A program made the translations under genes and the position numbers. A stretch of 64,000 nt of DNA from a virus (lineage: Duplodnaviria > Heunggongvirae > Uroviricota > Caudoviricetes), in the IMG/VR virus record IMGVR_UViG_2799112923_000001, one strand, 5' to 3'. Below the pieces are notes generated by a model. That model made no database searches and was not told the origin of the DNA. It worked only from the letters and a program-made list of their open reading frames with translations. Positions 19,330 through 29,609 of this stretch are shown here, piece by piece. The stretch's first letter is position 1. Each line of letters begins with the position of its first letter.

Positions 19330-20720
19330 TGGCAACATATAGTATAAAAGAAGATGAAAATTTCCCTTGGGTTAATCTAATCACGATTAACTCTAACAGG
19401 GATATTGATATTAGTAATGAAGTCTTTAACATTACTGTTAAAGACCAGTTAGAGTATTTCGTTGCTGACCATATTAAAGAAGGTTCTACATTTGAACTAG
19501 AAGAATTGTTTAAGAAAGATACATACCCAACTTTGGAAATATCTAACAACTCTACAGTATACGAACAACAGAATTGTTTCACATGTAATGGAACACATAG
19601 AGTAGTTTGTTCTGCTTGTGGTGGTAAAGGTTATTATTACACTCCATTAGCAAAGACCAGAACAATTTGTTCATCTTGTGGTCCTGGACCAGATAACCCT
19701 GCTATTCCTTGGATAGGTACAAAAGGCTCAGGTTATTACGATTGCCCTGATTGCACAGACGGACACGCTTATACAGTATGTGAACCAGTTCGCCCAATGT
19801 ACACAGAAGTATACAAGAGTAATGTATCAGGATATAATAATTCCGATTACGATTCATTAGTTCATAATGGTATTCAGTTTTGGGTTGATGGTGTAAACAA
19901 GAAAACAATGTATATTCGTGTTGTTTCTAAGGGTAAAAGCACCACAAACTCTGCTGGATATATCCAATGGAATCCCGTTTCAGCCGCATATTATCCTGTT
20001 GGTTATGTTGGTTTCACTATTGCTAATTTCAATATCACTTTGAATAATTACGAAAGATTGGTGTTTAATTCATTTAACCTTCCAAAGGTTGTTATGGGAA
20101 CACCTATTCCAGACTCAGATAAATATAATCCTGATACAGTTAGTTCTTATGCCGAATTATCCGGTCATATTATTTCCGGTGCTATAAGAACAAACTATGA
20201 CTGGAATGACGATAACCACGGTATTGATAATTTGTTTGTGAATTATACAACATCAGCAAAGGATGGTAATTCCTTTAATGAATATACCCAATATCCAGTA
20301 GACGATGACACATATAGTGCTAATTGGAAAACATTAGTTACAACTGCTAGACCAAATTATCTACAAAGAAAATACATTGTAAAATCTTCCGCATATTTAA
20401 CAGATTATTTGGTTAATGGTTCAGCATTTGATTTATATGAATCTGTTCCTGAAGAAGAATGTGTTACAGCAACAAGAGGATTTGAATTTACAAATTCTAG
20501 TGTTAAATCATATTTGTATGATGAATATACACATAAGAAACTCAAATTACCATTTACGATGAGTTCTTTACCTGTAATACCATCTGCTCACTTCCTAGAA
20601 TCAAATGGTGAATATGTTTACGATGATTTGTATTGCTACGAAATAATCCAAAGTATTGAAGATAGTTCTTGTAGTGGAAAGATTAGAAAGAACCAAGTTA
20701 AATTAGAATTGGAGATTTAA
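19329..20720 (+). CDS. Baseplate-cluster protein with DnaJ-type CxxCxGxG zinc finger
   Basis: CFTCNGT, CSACGGKG, CSSCGPG, CPDCTDG. Confidence 0.55.
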   Translation: MATYSIKEDENFPWVNLITINSNRDIDISNEVFNITVKDQLEYFVADHIKEGSTFELEELFKKDTYPTLEISNNSTVYEQQNCFTCNGTHRVVCSACGGKGYYYTPLAKTRTICSSCGPGPDNPAIPWIGTKGSGYYDCPDCTDGHAYTVCEPVRPMYTEVYKSNVSGYNNSDYDSLVHNGIQFWVDGVNKKTMYIRVVSKGKSTTNSAGYIQWNPVSAAYYPVGYVGFTIANFNITLNNYERLVFNSFNLPKVVMGTPIPDSDKYNPDTVSSYAELSGHIISGAIRTNYDWNDDNHGIDNLFVNYTTSAKDGNSFNEYTQYPVDDDTYSANWKTLVTTARPNYLQRKYIVKSSAYLTDYLVNGSAFDLYESVPEEECVTATRGFEFTNSSVKSYLYDEYTHKKLKLPFTMSSLPVIPSAHFLESNGEYVYDDLYCYEIIQSIEDSSCSGKIRKNQVKLELEI

Positions 20721-20721
20721 A

Positions 20722-21309
20722 ATGGCAAAAGATTATATTGAATTTGTGAATGAAACTGGTGAAGATTTTATTGAAGATATTAACAACAGTAATAGCAACA
20801 AGTTTATTGTTCGTTTCTCCAATTTCCCTAATTTCACTGGAACAAAATTGAATGTTAATAACCTATTGAACCAGTATCTTGAAAGCGTAACTGTTCCTGA
20901 TATTTCTATTCCTATGCTAACTTCAATTTATGAACACGAAAGACAGCTTCACCCAAGCCCAATAGGTCAAAGAGATTTACAATCTATCACTATGACATTC
21001 CAAGTTGATGAATGTAGAAAGAACTGGTACGCATTTTATGCTTGGATAATGTATATGCGTTATGGTGAAACCTGTGGTAAAAAGAGTTTGATTGGTGAAG
21101 AATTGTTGAGATTTGACTGTATTGATACGATTGAGTTAATCAATTTGAATAACAAGAATGAAGTTATTTCTAAAATGAAATTTGGGCATTGTATATTAAG
21201 TAATTTAGGTAGTGCCGAATTTAATTGCCAACAGTCCGAATTATCTAAATTCACAGTTACATTTGAGTTTGAAACATTAGATTTGGATTTATTAACCGAC
21301 GAAGAATAA
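20722..21309 (+). CDS. Tail-tube-fold protein (gp3/gp54-like)
   Basis: SVTVPDISI...TFQVDE...NW...YAWI...FTVTFEF. Confidence 0.65.
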   Translation: MAKDYIEFVNETGEDFIEDINNSNSNKFIVRFSNFPNFTGTKLNVNNLLNQYLESVTVPDISIPMLTSIYEHERQLHPSPIGQRDLQSITMTFQVDECRKNWYAFYAWIMYMRYGETCGKKSLIGEELLRFDCIDTIELINLNNKNEVISKMKFGHCILSNLGSAEFNCQQSELSKFTVTFEFETLDLDLLTDEE

Positions 21310-21312
21310 TAT

Positions 21313-22104
21313 ATGAAACTTGTTTATAAATGCCGTGAGTGTGGTAGCCCATTCGTTACTGAGAAAGGCTTATCAGAGCACCTTGCTTTTAGCCACCAAA
21401 TACAACCAAAAGAATACTATGATAAGTATGTTAGTGATGGAACTGAGGGTAAATGTGCTATATGTGGAACACCTACTAAATTCATTTCTATGGGCAAAGG
21501 TTATTATAAGACCTGCCCAAAATGTAAGAATGAATTAGTCAAAGAAAATTCCGAACCACAAGAAAAGAAATGTGAAGAATGTGGATTCACTATTACAGGT
21601 AATACTGCCAGTATTTTGGGTTCACGATTCCATACACACATTAAGAAGCATGGATTGACCCAACAACAATACTATGACAAATACGATAGAAAACCTGGCG
21701 AAGGTTTTTGTGAATTTTGTGGGAAACCAACTAATTTTGATTCATTAAATCGTGGTTATTACAAATGTTGTAATGATTGTAAAACTATTAGGGCTTCTAA
21801 AAAGAGAAATGAATTAGTTAAAGAAGAACAACAATTCCAAGCAGAAGTCAAAGCAGAAAAGAAATCCCGAGAAGAAGTATATGCTCAATATGTTCAGTCT
21901 TTAAAAGACGAAGTAAACAAATATGAATGGGAAGGTGAAAGAAACAGTTGGATGGGTGGTAATAGAACTAGACCAAATCCAAATAGAAACGATTTATTAA
22001 CTGATAATTCTATTTCTTATATTGATGGTCAAAGATACAGTAATACAACAGATTACATTGACGAAAGTGATAATCAGTCTTTCAATGATGTATTTTGGCT
22101 ATAA
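21313..22104 (+). CDS. Tandem zinc-finger protein
   Basis: Two repeats of C2H2 finger + YYDKY...GxCxxCGxPTxF...GYYKxC. Confidence 0.7.
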   Translation: MKLVYKCRECGSPFVTEKGLSEHLAFSHQIQPKEYYDKYVSDGTEGKCAICGTPTKFISMGKGYYKTCPKCKNELVKENSEPQEKKCEECGFTITGNTASILGSRFHTHIKKHGLTQQQYYDKYDRKPGEGFCEFCGKPTNFDSLNRGYYKCCNDCKTIRASKKRNELVKEEQQFQAEVKAEKKSREEVYAQYVQSLKDEVNKYEWEGERNSWMGGNRTRPNPNRNDLLTDNSISYIDGQRYSNTTDYIDESDNQSFNDVFWL

Positions 22105-22122
22105 ATATAATTGAGGTATTAA

Positions 22123-24027
22123 ATGGCAGCATCTGTTGACGAACAAACAAAAATTGGTTTATACCAATTAAATACAATGAAAAACCAACTAACTCTTGTT
22201 AAAGAGTTTAAGAAGGCAGTATCCACAGATGTTAGAACTATGAACAATAGCATTACCCATTTGGCTACTTCTATGAGTAAATCGTTCTCATTGAGTTCAT
22301 TGGGTAGCAAGATTGGTGATATATTCAATAGAGGTTTTAAAACATTATCTAATCCATTTAAAGGATTGGGTAATAAGATTGGTAGTGCTTTCACCGGTCT
22401 TAAGTCTAAATTTGCCAATTTCAAACCATTTGAAGGATTAAAAGAAAAACTCAAAGGGATTACAAAGAAACCAGTTGAGAAGGTGAAAACACTGCTGGGA
22501 AGAAATGACGAACAACTGAAGAATAGATATTACCGATTGTGGTGGAACCCTAAAAAAGTCGCAAAGATTTGGGCAAAAGAATTTAATCATAACAAGAATT
22601 TAACACCTGCAACAGCTAAAAAGAGTGCTGGTATCACAGAGATTGGCGGTGCTATAATGGGTGTAGTTGCTAAATTCTTTGCTATGGCTAAAAAGTTTAT
22701 AGCCAAGGTTTTGATACAAGTTGTAGCTGCTTTCCACGCTGCTATTGGTCCCTATGTTCTTTTGATTGTTGGTACTATTATCTTGTTAGCATTACTATTC
22801 AAGGACGAAATCAAACAACTCATACCTGTGTTTGGTAAGATATTGAGTGTGGTCGCAGATGTGCTTGACCAGGTTAAAGGTCCATTGGGTAATTTGTTAG
22901 TAAAAGTATTAGGTGCTATCGTCAATGTGTACGATGCTATTTTTAATACACTTTCTACTATCCTAAATGGAATTAGTGGTATCTTACAAAGTGCTGTGGA
23001 TTTGATTGTTCATATTGTTACAACAGTAGATACAGTATGGAATTTGTTAAGTGATGTTTTGATTACATTACTCACACCAATTAGAGATGTGGTTGTGGCA
23101 TTACAACCAGTCTTTGAAGGTATGGTAAATCTTCTTAAACGATTCATTGACAACCCAGTAGGAACTGCCGTAGATGTTGGTAAGACTGTTGTGGGTGGTA
23201 TCAAAGGTGTTATCGGTGGATTGTTCGGATCTGATAGTAAAGACGAGAAAGAAGGTGGAAGTATTCTTGATAATCTATTCTCCAAAGTAGCAGATGGTCT
23301 ATTGGAAATCAAAGACTTTATTGCTAATGGTGGATTGAAATTTATATTGAAAGAAGGATTTGATAGTGTAGTTCATGGATTAACCACAGCTTTCAATGCG
23401 GTCCAAAATTATATCAAATCTGGCGTAGATTATTTGGCTATGAAGTTCAATAATCTAAAAATCTTTGATAATGTAAAGGCTTATTTGGAAACAACCATTC
23501 CTGAGTTCCATACAGATTTGTATAGAAAATTGGATTCATTAGCCTTGGCATTGAGTACATTAAATCTTTCTAGTGGTATTGGTGGTGCTGTTAATAATAT
23601 GTTCACAGCCGCTTCTACTACATTTAATAGTTTGAAGAATAAGATTAAAGGGTTCTTTGGATTTGAAGTTACTGAAGAAGATAAACGAGCAGCCGAAGGT
23701 CCAAAAAATCCATTTGAAGAAATTATTAAAGGCTTTGAAACTATGAGAAAAGATACTGTAGCATTGTTGACAGATATTAAGACTTCTTTGTTAAAGATTG
23801 AAAAGAATAAGATTCAAATTGGTAATACACTTGCCGAAAATAAAGGCGAAGCAAGCGATGGTAAGAAAGCCAATAATTTACAGAATATCACATTTAATTA
23901 TCAAGTAGATATTGATAAAGTAATTGATAAATTAGACGAAACTAACAAAACATTGAATGGTATCTTGACTAATACTTCTATGGATAATGAAGGTAACCAA
24001 ATTACCGGAGCTGTTTGGAGTATCTAA
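22123..24027 (+). CDS. Tape-measure-like protein
   Basis: Long amphipathic helical repeats with a hydrophobic segment; tail cluster. Confidence 0.55.
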   Translation: MAASVDEQTKIGLYQLNTMKNQLTLVKEFKKAVSTDVRTMNNSITHLATSMSKSFSLSSLGSKIGDIFNRGFKTLSNPFKGLGNKIGSAFTGLKSKFANFKPFEGLKEKLKGITKKPVEKVKTLLGRNDEQLKNRYYRLWWNPKKVAKIWAKEFNHNKNLTPATAKKSAGITEIGGAIMGVVAKFFAMAKKFIAKVLIQVVAAFHAAIGPYVLLIVGTIILLALLFKDEIKQLIPVFGKILSVVADVLDQVKGPLGNLLVKVLGAIVNVYDAIFNTLSTILNGISGILQSAVDLIVHIVTTVDTVWNLLSDVLITLLTPIRDVVVALQPVFEGMVNLLKRFIDNPVGTAVDVGKTVVGGIKGVIGGLFGSDSKDEKEGGSILDNLFSKVADGLLEIKDFIANGGLKFILKEGFDSVVHGLTTAFNAVQNYIKSGVDYLAMKFNNLKIFDNVKAYLETTIPEFHTDLYRKLDSLALALSTLNLSSGIGGAVNNMFTAASTTFNSLKNKIKGFFGFEVTEEDKRAAEGPKNPFEEIIKGFETMRKDTVALLTDIKTSLLKIEKNKIQIGNTLAENKGEASDGKKANNLQNITFNYQVDIDKVIDKLDETNKTLNGILTNTSMDNEGNQITGAVWSI

Positions 24028-25112
24028 TGGCCCTACAATTACCAATTTATAAAGATGATACATTTACAAATAAATTAGAAAGCACATACCTTGGTATTGG
24101 TAATGGGTTTATGATTCAGCTCCATAAAAATCGTTTCTATGATTTGAATTTCGGTCCTTATTGGAAACCAAAAGAACAAGGTTTTACTGGTATTATGCTA
24201 GACAACATAGCATTGAATTTCCAAACAAGTTGGGGTGATGCTGGTGGTGCTATCATTGGAAAAAAGATTGAGAGTATTGTAAACTCTAAATTCGTTAAAA
24301 TGTTAGCTGGTCAGTCAGGTAATGGTTTCCAGCCATTTATTTGTGCCGATGCTTGGACACAACAAAAGGTTAGTGGTGAAGCTCAACCAGTTAAAGTCCA
24401 ACTCAAATTCAAAGCATATAACCAAGATAGAATGGGTTGTACAAACTATAACGATATAATCCCATTTTTAATACAAATTTGTTCACCAATTAAATCTTCT
24501 ACATCCAAATTGGGTGATGATGTTGCTAATACATTAAACAATGCCGCAGAAGGTGGTGCACAGGTAATTAGCACTGTTGTTAATGCTGGTAAACAATTCG
24601 CTAATGGATTTAGTAATAAAAGAAAGGGAAATGAAACTGATAACGATATGAAAACCAGACAAAATGCATTTGCTAGTGCTGCCGCAAGTCTTGTAGAAAC
24701 TGCAAATGATGTTTACAATAAAACTGTTTCCGAAACTGGTAGTGGCAAAAACAATGCTAACTTTACAGTTCTATTTTCATTGGGTGATGTTACCAACCAT
24801 GTATCAGCCGTAAATGAAGAAAGAAAGAAACAAAATTTACCAACTATTACAGATATTCATAAGATTAAGAGTTCAAGTATTGATGTTTCACGAATGAATG
24901 AAAAAGCAGAAAAATTCCATTCTAGTTTTGAAATAGACTGGATTGTAGAAAGTTTCAATTTCAAACCAAGTAGACAATTTGAAATGGTTAATGGATTACC
25001 AAAACCATTATGGATTGATTTTGAGGTATCACTTGAAACTAGACTTTCTCTATCTAACAAATATGTTTATAATTTGATTGTTGCGGATAAATCTTTTAGT
25101 TCAGGTACTTAG
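24027..25112 (+). CDS. Baseplate/tube initiator-like protein (gp48-like), paralog of 25096
   Basis: Shares WIVESF...PLWIDFEV C-terminal pattern with YIDSWG...PIWVEFNI of the neighbouring gene. Confidence 0.45.
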   Translation: MALQLPIYKDDTFTNKLESTYLGIGNGFMIQLHKNRFYDLNFGPYWKPKEQGFTGIMLDNIALNFQTSWGDAGGAIIGKKIESIVNSKFVKMLAGQSGNGFQPFICADAWTQQKVSGEAQPVKVQLKFKAYNQDRMGCTNYNDIIPFLIQICSPIKSSTSKLGDDVANTLNNAAEGGAQVISTVVNAGKQFANGFSNKRKGNETDNDMKTRQNAFASAAASLVETANDVYNKTVSETGSGKNNANFTVLFSLGDVTNHVSAVNEERKKQNLPTITDIHKIKSSSIDVSRMNEKAEKFHSSFEIDWIVESFNFKPSRQFEMVNGLPKPLWIDFEVSLETRLSLSNKYVYNLIVADKSFSSGT

Positions 25113-26322
25113 CCCATGTAGGGGCACTAGCCACCTGATCCATAGCACAATTTATATTAAATTCAACCCAGATAGGTTCCAAAGTGTCTGGGTTTATTTC
25201 TTTTGAATATGTAACACCCCAAGAATCAATATACACGATTAGTGGGTTCTTAAAGATACCTGGTAATATCTTCAAATACCAGAGTTTAGCACCATAGAAA
25301 TTCTTTTGGTTCGCATCTGATACTACACGATATTCACCATCTCGTCTTTGAATAATATCGGAAGCTGTATTAGCAGCAACTTTAACTGCATCAGTTACTT
25401 TATCTATTAAATCTTTATCTTTCTGTTTGCCATCTTCACCACCCTGGAAAGCATCTTTGGCAGCATCTACTACATCACCTATTAAATCAGCACATCCATA
25501 CAAACCATTTAATGTGTTGTTTGCCATAGCATTTATATTAACCTTAGCATCCACACTTGGCATTGTGTATAGTGATAATGCTTTAATCCAAGTTCTATAA
25601 TTGGTTAATGACTTGGAACCTATGTTTTCATTTGTGTATAATTTAAATGATAAACTAAATGTAGGTTTAGATGTAGATTTATAAACTCTATCAGTACCTT
25701 CGTCAAGATTCATCCAAGCTCTATCTCTACCACCCAATGTAGTAGTCATTTCGGCTATTGGTGAAGTCATAAATTTCTTAACTGTATCGGAAATAGTGGC
25801 GGCTGGACCAGGTTCCCATGTAGCCTTCATATTGAATGCTGGTATATCTTTTAATACACCGGCTAATGTTACTCGACCATTATCTTTACCATTGTTAAGA
25901 CCTTTATCAAATGTAATCAATTCAAAATAGTTATTACCATATTCAGCTAATAAATCATTAGATGGAGCTGCTTGTGGAACACTATCTCTATTTTCAGCAT
26001 ATTTGTATGGCTCTAATTTCTGTGGTTTAACTACACCTGCACCAGAACCATTAACTGATTTTACATTGTTTAGTCTTTCCTGGTTAACTGTTTGTTGGTT
26101 CTTTCTCCATTCGTCAGATCCTAATTTGACGAAATCACTCCAGTTACCACCTAATTGAGAAATAACATTGTTTCTATCATAATCAGAACGATTATTGTCA
26201 TTCATATAGGCAATAAGATTAACATAAGAGTCATACTGTTCCTGGTCTGTATAACCCATCTCGTTGCCGCGTTTTTCTACGAGTCCACTTAAATAATCAT
26301 ATTGATTTTGATTTAATTCCAT
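25096..26322 (-). CDS. Baseplate/tube initiator-like protein (gp48-like)
   Basis: PTFSLSFKLY, LIVYIDSWGVTYS, PIWVEFNI; own late promoter. Confidence 0.45.
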   Translation of the reverse strand: MELNQNQYDYLSGLVEKRGNEMGYTDQEQYDSYVNLIAYMNDNNRSDYDRNNVISQLGGNWSDFVKLGSDEWRKNQQTVNQERLNNVKSVNGSGAGVVKPQKLEPYKYAENRDSVPQAAPSNDLLAEYGNNYFELITFDKGLNNGKDNGRVTLAGVLKDIPAFNMKATWEPGPAATISDTVKKFMTSPIAEMTTTLGGRDRAWMNLDEGTDRVYKSTSKPTFSLSFKLYTNENIGSKSLTNYRTWIKALSLYTMPSVDAKVNINAMANNTLNGLYGCADLIGDVVDAAKDAFQGGEDGKQKDKDLIDKVTDAVKVAANTASDIIQRRDGEYRVVSDANQKNFYGAKLWYLKILPGIFKNPLIVYIDSWGVTYSKEINPDTLEPIWVEFNINCAMDQVASAPTWAKYLN

Positions 26323-26353
26323 AATGTATTTATTATCTCATAAATATATTACT

Positions 26354-27631
26354 ATGAAAGGACTTTCAGTTGTAAAATTTTGGGATGTAAGACCCAAATT
26401 GCCATTTAGATTTAATACCACATTTTTCACAGGTATTAATGCTAAGTGCGATAGCCGATTACCATTTTGTGTAAACAACATAACATTACCCAAAATGGAA
26501 GGGTCAGCAAGTGAAGGTTCAATGTATTTGGGTAATACAATTTTCACAGTTCCAGTGTGGAATGTAGCAAGTAGAAAACTAGAAATTACATTTGAAGAAA
26601 CTGACGATATGTTAATTTCTCAATTTCTAGGCACACTTATGAACCTTACATTTGGTAGAGTTCCATACAAAATAACTGTTGTGGTTACGGAATTTGAAGA
26701 ACACATGCGACTTGGCGATAGTTCGTCAACTGCTTACATTTGCCATCTATTGAGTTTTGAAGAACCACAATTCAAGCGTGATGGTCAAGCAGGACAAGTC
26801 ACTATGAGTGCTACATTCATTGTGGATGCAGTTGTAGAAAATTGGACTGAGAATAGTGGTGTGGTAACTGGTGCTAGAAATGTTGCAGCATCAAATGAAT
26901 TTAATCCTGAATTGGATTCCATTTACGAAGATTATCAAAACGAGAAATTCACATTTGGTAATGTTAATTTTGGTGCTACTGCAGACGAAGCAAATGGATT
27001 AAGACAAAGAAGTCAGGCCGTATTAAATAGACAAGCCGCTGTTAAAGAAGCAGCAAAAGCAAATGGAACTTCATATTTGGCTATGTCTATGGCTAATGGA
27101 TCTGATAAGAAGAAATCTAGTGATACTACATTAACACCTGACGAAATTAAACATGCACAAGAAATACAAAAACAATTAGATTCTACCGAAACAGGTAAAG
27201 CATTACAAACATTCGCCGAAGAATTAAGTACCAAATCTTATGGATGGGGTATGAAAGGAAAAGATGGCGATATATCAAAAACGGAAGGTATAGATTGTTC
27301 TGGTGCTGTTGGTGCTTGGGTTGAACAACAAGGTTATAGTGTAGATGAATGTACTGCTGGTGCTAGTAATGGTGGTTTGGCTAAACAACTTGAAGACCAA
27401 GGTGTTAAACAAAAGAATTTAAATCAAATGAAAGCCGGTGATATAGTAACAACAACAAGTCATGGTGGTGGTGTAGGTCATACTATGATTTTTGCTGGAT
27501 ATGATTCTAATGGTAATGCTTATTTCGTAGATTCATCTGGTTCAGCTGGTGGTGGTACCGTAAGATATACACAAGCAGAATTAGAGAAATATGGTTATAA
27601 AGCATACAATACATCCGAGAGAAAGAAATAA
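26354..27631 (+). CDS. Tail-tube-fold domain fused to NlpC/P60 peptidoglycan hydrolase
   Basis: N-terminal NITLP...LEITFEET; C-terminal YGWG...GIDCSG...AGDIV...GHTMIF. Confidence 0.75.
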   Translation: MKGLSVVKFWDVRPKLPFRFNTTFFTGINAKCDSRLPFCVNNITLPKMEGSASEGSMYLGNTIFTVPVWNVASRKLEITFEETDDMLISQFLGTLMNLTFGRVPYKITVVVTEFEEHMRLGDSSSTAYICHLLSFEEPQFKRDGQAGQVTMSATFIVDAVVENWTENSGVVTGARNVAASNEFNPELDSIYEDYQNEKFTFGNVNFGATADEANGLRQRSQAVLNRQAAVKEAAKANGTSYLAMSMANGSDKKKSSDTTLTPDEIKHAQEIQKQLDSTETGKALQTFAEELSTKSYGWGMKGKDGDISKTEGIDCSGAVGAWVEQQGYSVDECTAGASNGGLAKQLEDQGVKQKNLNQMKAGDIVTTTSHGGGVGHTMIFAGYDSNGNAYFVDSSGSAGGGTVRYTQAELEKYGYKAYNTSERKK

Positions 27632-28953
27632 TGGCATTACAATTTGTAAACATAACTAAATTTTGGGAAGATAAATCTATAAAATTATCTGATTCATTCG
27701 CAGTGTTCATACAGAACTACGATGAAAAGGGTAATGTTATGGCACCAGAAGAATTATACACTTGTACAGGTTTCACATTACCTAAACTTGAACAAGACGA
27801 AGAAACATTAGAATATGGTAATGTTGCCCAAGTATTCTTAACTCCAAAATATGATTCTTGTAAAGAAATCACATTAGAGTTTATGGAACGAATTAAGGAT
27901 AATAATGGTAAACCAGTTACTTTATCCAAAATACTTAAACTGATTAACGAAAAGGCATTCCAACTAAATCAAAAATACGATTATGGTTATATGGTGAATA
28001 CTGGTGATTATCTTCTTAACTATCTAATTCCATATCTTGAAATCAAAGTAATGAATAACAAACTATGGAGATATAATTTCAAGTATCATTTTGAACTATT
28101 AAAGATTGTAAATTACAGTATATACAATTTGGATTATCAGTCCGATAGTCCTTGTAAAGTCACAATTACATTAGCATTTGAGAAATACTGGAAAGAAGTC
28201 ATTAACGAACCAGTATGGGATGATAATGAAAAGCCAGCAGAACAACCAAAACCAAAAGAATCACCAAAAGAAGATAAGTATGACCCTAATGGTAATGTGG
28301 ATGTGGATGGCATAAATGTAGATGGCAACAACTATTCCAATAAAGAAGATATAGAAATGAATTGGAAGAATGCTGCTAACCAAGACGATTTACATACAAT
28401 GGATAGTGAACCATTACTTAATCCTGAATTTGGTGAATTACCTGATTTGGATGATGATGATATGACCCCTGAACTACAAACAGAAATGTATAAACAAAGT
28501 ATGAATGATGACGATTTGGCTTCATTAAGAGAAAGACCAGAACTAGCCGAACTCAAAGAAATGGAAGATTTAGATGCTGATGATAAATCAAGTAATCCTC
28601 CATTAGAAAACCAAGTCGCAGCTAATGGGCAAACAAGTGGTGGTTATAAACAACCAGCAATAGGCTCAAATGGTTCTAGTGGTGGTGGTGCTGCCGCAAA
28701 TGCTTCACAGAAAGCATCTCAAAAAGCCGATTTAGCCAACAAAAAAGAAAAGAAACAAGAAAAACAAGTGGCTAGTGGTGAAAAGACTTATGGCGGTTTA
28801 ACTGCTAGTGAATTGGGCAAAAGAGCAGCACAGGCAGATAAAAATAACCCAAATGGAACATATAAAGCAGCCGCTATGAACGCAGTTGGTTTGGATGCCA
28901 AAGCAAGAAAAGAAGTAGAAACTTCATACAATGCGGAAATGAAAAAGAGTTAA
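27631..28953 (+). CDS. Tail-tube-fold domain with long acidic then basic C-terminal extension
   Basis: CTGFTLP...ITLEFME...LDYQSDSPCKVTITLAF. Confidence 0.55.
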   Translation: MALQFVNITKFWEDKSIKLSDSFAVFIQNYDEKGNVMAPEELYTCTGFTLPKLEQDEETLEYGNVAQVFLTPKYDSCKEITLEFMERIKDNNGKPVTLSKILKLINEKAFQLNQKYDYGYMVNTGDYLLNYLIPYLEIKVMNNKLWRYNFKYHFELLKIVNYSIYNLDYQSDSPCKVTITLAFEKYWKEVINEPVWDDNEKPAEQPKPKESPKEDKYDPNGNVDVDGINVDGNNYSNKEDIEMNWKNAANQDDLHTMDSEPLLNPEFGELPDLDDDDMTPELQTEMYKQSMNDDDLASLRERPELAELKEMEDLDADDKSSNPPLENQVAANGQTSGGYKQPAIGSNGSSGGGAAANASQKASQKADLANKKEKKQEKQVASGEKTYGGLTASELGKRAAQADKNNPNGTYKAAAMNAVGLDAKARKEVETSYNAEMKKS

Positions 28954-28973
28954 TAAATACATAGAGGTTTAGA

Positions 28974-29609
28974 ATGGCTATAAATTCAATTTGGAACAAC
29001 AATTTTTATAATGCTATGCCAGTCCCAAAATGGTGTTTTGAGATGGACTTTACTCAGCTATTCATTAACCAAGAGAATAAACAGAATTTTGGTGATATTC
29101 TAAACAAATCAGTTGTTTCTTGTACTTGGCCTGAACGAAATGGCAACTCTATCCCTGTTTATTATGCTGGTATTGAAGCCAAATTACCAGGTAGAGTTTC
29201 TAACTCAGGTGAATTAGAAATTAAATTTAATGAAAATGTTACATTTGGTGTTACCAAAGCATTAGAAGAATTATTCCACGCTGAAACAAGTTGCGATGCG
29301 TATTTTGAAGGAAAAGGTGGTTATTCATTCAATAAGAATTTCAAGAAAACTCCACGAATAATTAGAATGATGATTTTAAACCCAACAACTATATTCAAAG
29401 TAAATCCAAAAGACGAAAGAAAAACCTGGAAAGCCCCTATTGAAATTCAATTCCATAACTGTTGGTTATTGAAATTAGGCGCCGAAGAAATGAGTTATGA
29501 AAATGATAGTGAAGTCATTACTAAATCCGCTACATTCTCTTATGACTATTTCAAGGTATTAGGTAGTTCTACTACACAAGTTAATGACGATTGTAAGGGT
29601 GACGCATAA
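28974..29609 (+). CDS. Tail tube paralog (gp19-like)
   Basis: YYAGIEAKLPGR...IKFNE...FHNCW...MSYE...ATFSYDYF. Confidence 0.75.
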   Translation: MAINSIWNNNFYNAMPVPKWCFEMDFTQLFINQENKQNFGDILNKSVVSCTWPERNGNSIPVYYAGIEAKLPGRVSNSGELEIKFNENVTFGVTKALEELFHAETSCDAYFEGKGGYSFNKNFKKTPRIIRMMILNPTTIFKVNPKDERKTWKAPIEIQFHNCWLLKLGAEEMSYENDSEVITKSATFSYDYFKVLGSSTTQVNDDCKGDA

